A DNA stretch of 64,000 bases, taken from Eledone cirrhosa. Lineage: Eukaryota. Positions 55,828 to 64,000 of the stretch are shown here, one piece after another (the stretch's first letter is position 1; each line of letters begins with the position of its first letter). The notes beneath the pieces were generated by a model that ran no database searches, was not told the origin of the DNA, and saw nothing but the letters and a program-made list of their open reading frames with translations. A program made the position numbers and the translations under genes. The stretch covers positions 84,692,001 to 84,756,000 of the forward strand of contig OZ024740.1 in the NCBI GenBank assembly GCA_964016885.1, in the 5' to 3' direction.

Positions 55828-57031
55828 AACAGTAGCCACCAACCTCTCTCGCGTAGATTTCTTAGATATTAATTTAGACCTTCGCACACACAGACTCTTC
55901 CATAAGCTAAACGAGAAACTCAATTACATTCACAAGAACTCATGCTACACTCCACTGATTTTAGAAACTTCGTTAAGAATATCAGTACTAGAATCTCAAA
56001 CCTCTCCTCTAATAAGGCTATATTTGACAGGGCGGCACCCTACTATAACACGGCGTTGGCTAACAGCGGCTTCTCACAACCTATCACTTACTCTCCCACT
56101 AGCAATAACACCATTAAGAAAAGTAAGCGCAACAATAGACAAACTATCTGGTTCTCTCCTCCCTTCTCACTCAACGTTAAAACCAATGTAGGAAAAAAAT
56201 GTCTAACCCTCTTAGATAGACACTTTCCCATAGGTCATAAATACCGCTCCATCTTTAACCGACACAAAGTTAAACTAGGATACTCCTGCGCTAAGAACAT
56301 GAAGGCCCACATCATCAGCAGCCCTAGGAGCAACACCCCATCAGGGTGCTCTTGCCGTAAGCCTGAAGCTTGCCCCCTTCAACAGCAATGCAACACACCA
56401 GCTGTAATTTATGAAGCTGTGGTCACTTCCAACCGACCAAACGAACCAAAGGAGGTCAAATCCTATGTGAGCATGGCGGAGGGCCGATTTAAGGAACATT
56501 TCCTGAACCACCAGTCTACCTTCAGGTACCCGGACAGACGTTCATCCACGAAACTCGCGAGCCACGTATGGTCCCTCAAGGACTCAAGTATAGACTACTC
56601 CATTCAATGGAAAGCCATCACTAAGTCCAAGCCATACGCAAGGGGAAATCCGACGTGTGGCTTATGTATTGACGAACAAATAACTATCCTAAAGAGATTA
56701 CGCAATAGTGATTTCCTACACACGAGAAATGAATTTTTTTCACACGTTGTCCACACGTCGCCAAACACCTATTGCATAGCTACAAGGCTCCAGACTGATT
56801 CTTTGTAATTTTATTTTCAACCTAAAAACTTTTCAGACTTTTGCAGTTATCTCCCTTACACCTCTCGCACGCAGTCTAGTATTGTCTGTGTAAAGTGACC
56901 GAGTTTCTGCGCATGCGCGTTCGTACGGTTGTCCTTCCTGTTCCTATAACCATGCCCATTCCGAGCTGAGGATCCGCTAAGGTGAAACAATTGTTCTCGG
57001 TATGGTGAACTAACTGTTGTGTAACCACTTC
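55828..57031 (+). mobile_element. 5'-truncated Naiad-like PLE (thumb + CxCx5C + GIY-YIG + pLTR)
   Basis: VDFLDINLDL, IWFSPPFS, CSCRKPEACPLQQQC, VIYEA..YVSMAEGRFKE; colinear with 43214-45541; TA tail. Confidence 0.85.
56961..57000 (+). ncRNA. Minimal type-I hammerhead ribozyme
   Basis: CCGAG-CTGAGGA-tCCgctaaGGt-GAAAC-AATT-GT-T-CTCGG. Confidence 0.8.
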
Positions 57032-57823
57032 TATATATATATATATACACTATATATACATATATACACACACACACACGCGCAGATAGTGTCATAATCT
57101 CGTAATGCAGACAGCCAGATATACAGACAAATATTATAAGGGTGCGACGTTCGGCGCCTAATGCGGTCCCTAGAGCATTGAAAATTTGAAATATCTTTTG
57201 CTCAAAACACTCACACGACCATAAGTATTACATGTGTAAAGTTTGAAAACAATCGTTTAGGTGGTTCTCGAGTTTAAGGGAGTCAGACAGACATTCTCTG
57301 TTTTAGATATATAGATATATCCGACACGCAAACTCTAAAAAAGTACATAGATATTAATCACAGCCATCTAAACGCCACTTACATCATAATATAATGAATG
57401 GAGAAGGGTATAAAAGAGATTGGAAAGGAAACAGAATAAAACAGTGTTCTAACGTATATGATTCAGTGCATGTATGTGTGTACGTGCGTGTTTCTATTTA
57501 TGTATATACATATATCTGTGTATGTGCATGTGTGTGTGTATGTGGTGTGTGTGTGTACATTACATATTTATATACACATATGTATATATACACATTTATA
57601 TGATGTGAGAAAAACCACAGACCCTCCATCTTAACTCTACTTTTGAAAAGCAGAAGAAGTGCGAAACCGGTAAAGGAACCAAATAAATATAAATATTTTT
57701 TTTTAAATAAGACTCAAGTTGCATTTTCGATTTCATCTTTTTTTCTTTATACTTTCACTCGTGTAGGACACCTCGGTTATTTTTCATTTTGTTAAAAACA
57801 ACTCACTTTCTAATACACATTTA

Positions 57824-57894
<71 letters not shown>

Positions 57895-57898
<4 letters not shown>

Positions 57899-58001
57899 GA
57901 TGAGATTCTATAAAACTAGAACTGTTTCATTCTTTAGAAATCATCAGGAATCTGATTTCTAAAGAATGAAACAGTTCTAGTCCTATAGAATCTCATCTAT
58001 A
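57895..58001. mobile_element. Short fold-back element with hammerhead remnants
   Basis: About 50-bp inverted arms; minus strand reads CTGATGA-TTTCT/AGAA-T-GAAACAGTT. Confidence 0.55.
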
Positions 58002-58078
58002 TTAAAACTTTTATACTCTGCAATGTATTGAATACCTTACTTACTGTGGTTACCTCTGATTCAACCCGGAATAACGTA

Positions 58079-58130
<52 letters not shown>

Positions 58131-58135
<5 letters not shown>

Positions 58136-58440
58136 CTTCAGAATATTAATAAATATAGACATTCATGTGATCAAATATATTTTATTATACATATTTCAGA
58201 GATACTGAGCTATTTCAACAGTACGTCCTCATCAGATAAAATAAGTTGATGCCTGACATACCTTGACTATGTTGATGGTTATAATTTAGTCATGGCAGAC
58301 ATAGTCAAGGTATGTCAGGCATCAACTTATTTTATCTGATGAGGACGTTCTATTGAAATAGCTCAGTATCTCTGAAATATGTATAATAAAATATATTTGA
58401 TCACATGAATGTCTATATTTATTAATATTTTGAAGTAATA
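58131..58440 (+). mobile_element. Fold-back PLE-like fragment
   Basis: 58131-58272 inverted vs 58299-58440; TTAT-CTGATGA...GAAAT..ATAA hammerhead-like motif at 58332-58386. Confidence 0.7.
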
Positions 58441-58534
58441 TTAATAACTCCAGAAAACCCGCTGTAGAGTGCTTATAATCTATTGTGAAACTTTATTCAT
58501 TGATGAATTCATTGAACCTTGTTAAACTTTTAAT

Positions 58535-58628
<94 letters not shown>

Positions 58629-58746
58629 CGAATGTTATTAATATTCGAAAAACTCAGATTACATTTATTGTATTCAGCCATGTAGAGTGAAAACTTTCTT
58701 GTATATATATATTAGAATTGGTGCTCTGAAATAGCGATGTACACGT

Positions 58747-59147
58747 GAATGTATGTATAGTATATTTGGTAATATATTGTATGTTTAATTAAAAACATTT
58801 TAAAGTAGTGACTATGTCACTTACTTCTTTTTTCGGCAAAGGAAGGGAGAGAAGCTGACAGATTCTGTTTCACACTGTTGGTGTTCCCGGCAATCGCTCT
58901 GTATAATCAGTTCCTGATTATTACTGGAATTCTATAAGAATCAAGCCTCTATAATTTTCGGCAGAGGTCGGGGAGTACGTTGCTCTGAGGAACACCAACA
59001 GTGTGAAACAGAATCTGTCAGCTTCTCTCCCTTCCTTTGCCGAAAAAAGAAGTAAGTGACATAGTCACTACTTTAAAATGATAGCGCAAAGTCTTCAAAA
59101 TGTTTTAAATTAAATATACGGTATATTACCAAATATACTATACATAC

Positions 59148-59150
<3 letters not shown>
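58747..59150 (+). mobile_element. Fold-back PLE-like fragment
   Basis: 58747-58887 inverted vs 58989-59150; abuts (TA)n. Confidence 0.75.
58982..59022 (+). ncRNA. Type-I hammerhead ribozyme
   Basis: GCT-CTGAGGA-ACAC-caaca-GTGT-GAA-ACAG-aat-CTGT-C-AGC (GUC triplet). Confidence 0.82.
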
Positions 59151-59214
<64 letters not shown>

Positions 59215-59221
<7 letters not shown>

Positions 59222-59525
59222 ATACTTGGGGAGGGTCATATTTGTGTAATAATATTGCCAGAATTAATAACAGAACACACTCACTGTTTGGTTGGTTTTC
59301 GCTTCTGTGTCTTTTATATCGGTTAATTTAATTTATTCGGTCCTCAATGTTGCCATTGACTGACCAACGGTCAAAAATACAGATACAATATAGACACAAA
59401 CACATATATATAGTCTATCAAAGTTCTTTCGTTGCACATCTGCAACATCGTCAGTGGCGCTATTATGTTTCCTCCCGTTGCATTGTATGCTTACGCCATC
59501 TTTGTGGCGTAAGCATACAATGCTT
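59215..59525 (-). mobile_element. pLTR fragment related to the 38157-41650 PLE, with hammerhead
   Basis: Shares ATGACCCTCCC..AGTATAACAATA end; minus strand CTGACGA-TGTTGCA/TGCAAC-GAAAGAACTT at about 59418-59458. Confidence 0.6.
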
Positions 59526-59526
59526 G

Positions 59527-60029
59527 TGACGTTGAGCGCGTCAGGCAGATGGTGCGTAGCGATCGTCGGCTGACTGTTCGACTGTTGGCAAATGAGCTGG
59601 GCATGAATCGGGACAGCGTCTGGAAGATTCTCACTGGAGATTTGGACATGCGGAAAGTCTGCGCGAAGATGGTGCCAAAACTGCTGAACGATGACCAGAA
59701 GGGTCGACGCATGCAAGTGTGCCAGGACATCCTCGAGCGTCTTGAAACCGAACCAGACTTGCTAGGGACTGTCATCACCGGTGATGAGTCGTGGATCTTC
59801 GAGTACGACCCGGAGGGGACCCGTTTTGAAAACGTAGACGACATCAAAAAGGCCGTGACGATGGAACTGCGGAGGATCACGGAAGAATTCAAGCTTGGCA
59901 GAAAAGGATGGAAAAGTGCATTAGACTCCAGGGGGATTACTTTGAAGGAGAAAACTCTTAGTGGGAAGTTTGGGTTTGAAATAAATATTTTGTGACATCA
60001 GTCCTGGAACTTTTCTGACCCACCTCGTA
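59527..60029 (+). mobile_element. Mariner (Tc1/mariner) remnant, internally deleted
   Basis: DRRLTVR..ELG..SVWKIL..L.MRKVCAKMVPKLL, VITGDESWIFEYDPE; TIR-like end ..CTTTTCTGACCCACCTCG-TA. Confidence 0.85.
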
Positions 60030-60071
60030 TATATACAGTTGTTTTTCCTTTTCTGTACAACCACACTCAGT

Positions 60072-60110
60072 CCGAGCTGAAGATCCGCAAGGTGAAACAT
60101 TTGTTCTCGG
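60072..60110 (+). ncRNA. Minimal hammerhead ribozyme (relative of 56961-57000)
   Basis: CCGAG-CTGAAGA-tCCgcaaGGt-GAAAC-ATTT-GT-T-CTCGG. Confidence 0.78.
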
Positions 60111-60308
60111 TAACTGTTGTGATACTAATTCTATCTATCTAGGGCGGGTTAAATTCTCAAGATGGTTCTTTTCAATGGCTGATACCTTACCGGCGCCACT
60201 CGAATGAGGTAATTATTTAACCCATAAATGGGGCCCTAACAGGTACACTATACACACACGTGTATGCGTGTGTGTATTGTGTACCTGTGTGTGTGCGTGT
60301 GTGTATAC

Positions 60309-60386
<78 letters not shown>

Positions 60387-60704
60387 GTAAAAGGTAAACA
60401 GAAACAACAAAAATAACAAAACGATACGTCTGTATGCATGTGTGCGCATGAAGGTGTGTTCGTATATTTGAAGGAGAAACCATGAACCGGAACAAACTGG
60501 CTGCTAGGAGAATGGGTATGCATCAATGAGCGTGCGCGCGTGAACTGACCGACGTAAGGGAGTGTATAACAATGTATATGAATTTCTACATATACGTACA
60601 TAAACACACACATAGCAGCAGGCGAGAGGGTTTGTGTAGAAAAGAGGTAGTGGAAATGGTAGTAGCCTGTATATTCCATTACTTGGTATGGTTGTAAAGA
60701 GAAG

Positions 60705-61320
60705 TTAAAGCAACTGCAGTGAGGAATCGAGTCCATACGGAAAAAAGGTTCCAAGACGGAAAATCAAGTTCTGCTCGGTCCTGGTGCAAGTGACTGTGCA
60801 TCCATGCTGTAAAAGAGGGCCTGAGACAGTGAGGTGTTTAGTAGAGTGGTTGGGTGAGCGGAAGTGACGAGCAACAGGAGTGTCTTTACCTAATTGTTTG
60901 TCCCTAAAGTGTCTGTCCGATGTAGATGAAGCCACAAAGGGAACACCAGAGGGCGTAGACGATGTTGGTGGAGGTCCAAGTGAAGGAGTGGCGAATACGA
61001 AGGAATGGTTCGGGCCTGTGAGAATGGTGTTGCTGGTTATGTAGGAGCAGGTGTTACAGCACAGGCGAGAACCAGAACGGGAGTCAGGGGCGTCCTAGGA
61101 GGGAGAGGAGGAACTATGCACAAGAAGGTCACGGAGTTTATGGACGCGCTTAAAAGCAGTGGGGGGGTAGGAAAAAAGCGAGAAGTGACGGGGTCAGAAA
61201 CGAGGGTTCGAAAACAATGAAGTGACGTTGTGGTGAGATAGACGGGTGGTAGGTGAGGAGGAAAGGAAGGCGGGTGTTGAGGGAGGTTAGTAAGTGGGAG
61301 AGCTGTGGTGCGGTCAGTAT
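60705..61320 (-). pseudogene. PLE GIY-YIG C-terminal remnant
   Basis: PVARHFRSPNHS..L.VSG..EQNLIFRLGT..P.GL. Confidence 0.7.
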
Positions 61321-61413
61321 CATGGGCTTGGTGCGGATATATGTATTTATGTATGTATATATATATATGCATGCATGCATGTATGCGTGTATGTATTTAT
61401 GCAGGCATGTATG

Positions 61414-61491
<78 letters not shown>

Positions 61492-62289
61492 CAAGGGAGT
61501 GTAAACACAGAAAATGTCTTAAAAAATATAAAAATATAAATTCCAAAACATTCACTGTACTTACTATATGTGCCCTTACTATATGTGCCCTATCCCAAAC
61601 CAATAGATAATCCAAGCGGATTACCATTGAGAAAAGATCATCGCTTTTCTCTCTCGGAGAATATAAAATTCCCGAGTTCAAATTACAAACTGGCGCCATA
61701 CAAAACTGCCCCAGAATGAGAGCAGATGAATGATGAAACAATTTTGTATAGTACCGTGTGCAAAGACAGAAAGCAAGGTGGACAGGTCAATCCCGTGCTG
61801 CTAAAAATAGCAGCCGTTCAAACGACCAAAGGTTTCTCTATCGTTGGGGAGAATAATATTAAAGGCATGTGTTCCTACATGTAATTAATAGGGACAATAG
61901 TATAGTCCGACCGTATGCCAGTGTGGTTCAATGGCACGTTAATAAATTATATATATATATAAAAGAGGGTGTGGTAAGATAACAGGTGGATCATAAACCA
62001 CCGACAGCTAGATCCGAACAAGATATGAGGTAGCGGTCGGTGCAGAGTTATATAGAAACCACATAATACGAAGGTTGCCGCCTGATGACGACCTGTAATT
62101 GCGTGGGTCAAGTTGTAGTTATGCTGAGAATATCTTTGGTGTGATTTTGAAGTGTGATTAGTTTTACTAGCAGAAAACCCGCCCTCTGGCGGTTTTCTGC
62201 TGGCATATGCAGTGTGCATATTGGTATTATACGCAAATATATATATATGTAAATTGAAAAGTAAATTGACAATATCTTCTTATTCGCCC

Positions 62290-62925
62290 ACTTATTTATT
62301 TCTGAGAGGGTCGTGGGGGCAGAGTCCTTCTCAAACACTCCTTCCAGCGAGTCTGTCAGAAGCAAAGATCTCTAACTGATCCAGCTGGATCCCAAAGCGT
62401 GACCAGCCCAGCTCATGGATGTTATCCAACTATCTTGCTCAGGGTCTACATCTGGGTCTCTTGACGGTTAATTTTGCCTGTAAAATGTGTCCAGCGATTC
62501 TTTACTGAGACATTCTAACCACATGCTCATAATATCGGAGTTGTGATCTCTCAATTCGGAGAAGTAGTGGCTCTACCAGGAGTGACTCTCTGGTCTCTGA
62601 GTTATGCACTTTATCGAGTAACGTTACTCCAAAGACCCTTCGGAGGAATCCCGTTTCTGCCGCTTTTATTTGCAATTGTATTCTTTTGGTCATTACTCAA
62701 GATCCTCAGTAACAGTTGGCAGGAATACCAGGAAGACAGCGAGTTTGACTTTTACACCTACCCCCTCCTTCTGATTGCCGAATGCTGAGGCTGGCCCATT
62801 ACTGCATCAGCTTTTGCAATTCTTGCACTTAATTCAGCCTCCTGCATTCCATCACCCATGAACACGGCTCCAAGATTCTTGAACTTCTCTAACTGCTTCA
62901 GTAGAACTCCATTCACATGCATATA
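62290..62925 (-). mobile_element. RTE-clade LINE 3' fragment
   Basis: LEKFKNLGAVF..ELSARIAKA; AAETGFLRRVFGVTLLDKV; same family as 46540-47010. Confidence 0.82.
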
Positions 62926-63119
62926 AATTTGAGGGACTTCTGTACACCCGTGTATGTGTGTTTGTGTGAATGTATGTATGTGTAAAAGGAAGGAAAGGGA
63001 TACACACATATATGTCTCTAACTTAAAAATAGTGACACACACATGTCTCTAATTTATGAACACTAACAAACTCGCGCGTACACATACTGTCCTATTACCA
63101 CTCAAGAACTTTGGCCCGG

Positions 63120-63788
63120 GCAAACATCCCCTCAATTTTGGAACCGTCTGGGTTGTCCAGAATTGATAGGAAAAGACTTGACGGTCTTACTCTGTGTTTT
63201 ACTCCTGGTCAAGAGGCAGATGCCTTACCTGGGACGTCACAGTTAGTGACTCTTTTGCTCCGTCCCACATCCTGGATGCAGCGGTAAGGGCGAGAGCTAC
63301 AGCATCCGCAGCTGAACGGAACAAAATCCTAAAATACCGTGTTCTGTCAGCTAACTACATTATCCAGCCTGTGGCGTTCGAGACGTTTGGAGGAGTCGGG
63401 CTACTGACAGCGAGGTTCTTATCTTCACAGGCGGCTCGCCAAACAGGGGTAACTGGTGATGCTCATGAGGGCACTTGGTTGTTCCAACACCTCGCCATTA
63501 CCCCCAAGTAACCCTGCGAACGTGCTGGCTTGCCTCAAAAATTATTAGAGAGGTTTCCCAGTGCTCCTCGCTACATTACTAATTTTTGCTCTGGTAGCGT
63601 CTCGTTTTTTTCCATTCTTTTACCTGCATATTGTTCTATGGGGTCTAAGATGTGTGTATTACGTGCTTGTGTATTTTTTCTCTTTCTTTTTTTCTTTTCC
63701 CTTTCCTTTGTATATATTATATTTGTTAGTCTTTTCGTTCTGTAATCATTATATTAAATTTTTATACAAATGAGTTTAAAAAAAAAAA
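63120..63788 (+). mobile_element. CRE-like non-LTR retrotransposon 3' fragment (restriction-like endonuclease) with A-tail
   Basis: KRLDGLTL..W..G..LTWDVTV..AERNK..KY..QPVAFETFG (PD-(D/E)xK RLE pattern); T-rich 3' UTR; poly(A) near 63778-63788. Confidence 0.75.
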
Positions 63789-64000
63789 GTTAAACTGTGT
63801 TGTTAATAAATAAATAAAAAGTTGTACTTTTACCCTCCCATTTCCAATTCACCGAACGCTATCATGACTGTATGTGTGTGTTTGTGTAAATGTGAATGTA
63901 AATGTGTGAATGTGTGTTTGTGTGAAAGTATTTGCTACCGTGTTCTGTTAGCTAACTACATTATCCAGCCTATGTGGTCTAAGATGTGTGCATTACGTGC

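Larger units (their letters stand above)
55376..57318 (+). mobile_element. Non-autonomous Helitron/Helentron-like element interrupted by a PLE fragment
   Basis: 5' ACTAGCAG..ACCCGGCGTTGCACGGG; internal repeats CCTAATGCGG(G/T)CCCTA at 55556, 55683, 57157; 3' CAGACAGACATT..TTTTAGATATATAGAT. Confidence 0.55.

Noticed and set aside
62075-62203. Hammerhead from CTGATGA at about 62083 and hairpin at 62166-62203
   Set aside because: Could not assemble stems and a cleavage triplet; the hairpin resembles a Helitron-like 5' end fragment instead.

Overview
AT-rich, microsatellite-laden metazoan DNA made almost entirely of mobile elements. It is most likely from an octopod cephalopod, inferred from a tRNA-SINE resembling the common Octopus SINE. 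No conventional host-gene exons were recognised. Contents: (i) three large L1/Tx1-clade LINE segments: a two-family chimera at 1470-10712 and a near-intact copy at 47092-52964, both in (ATT)n context, plus a 27-nt 3' remnant with a 16-bp TSD; (ii) two large Penelope-like elements (PLEs) with inverted pLTRs (38157-41650; 41838-46200, Naiad-like, with one in-frame UGA) and several PLE fragments; (iii) a hAT/Buster element with an 8-bp TSD, a mariner remnant, Helitron-like non-autonomous elements, and RTE and CRE-like fragments; (iv) eight tRNA-SINE copies. The most striking signal is more than a dozen fold-back (palindromic) insertions, from many unrelated sequence families, at (TA)n tracts. Most carry a type-I hammerhead ribozyme on the outward-pointing arm. 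Two related families instead carry a covarying, canonical box C/D-type kink-turn. A compact island at about 30.0-32.5 kb encodes a spliced SGNH-hydrolase-like gene convergent with a BACK-like ORF and is not explained by the neighbouring elements. All calls are by eye; no database search was run.
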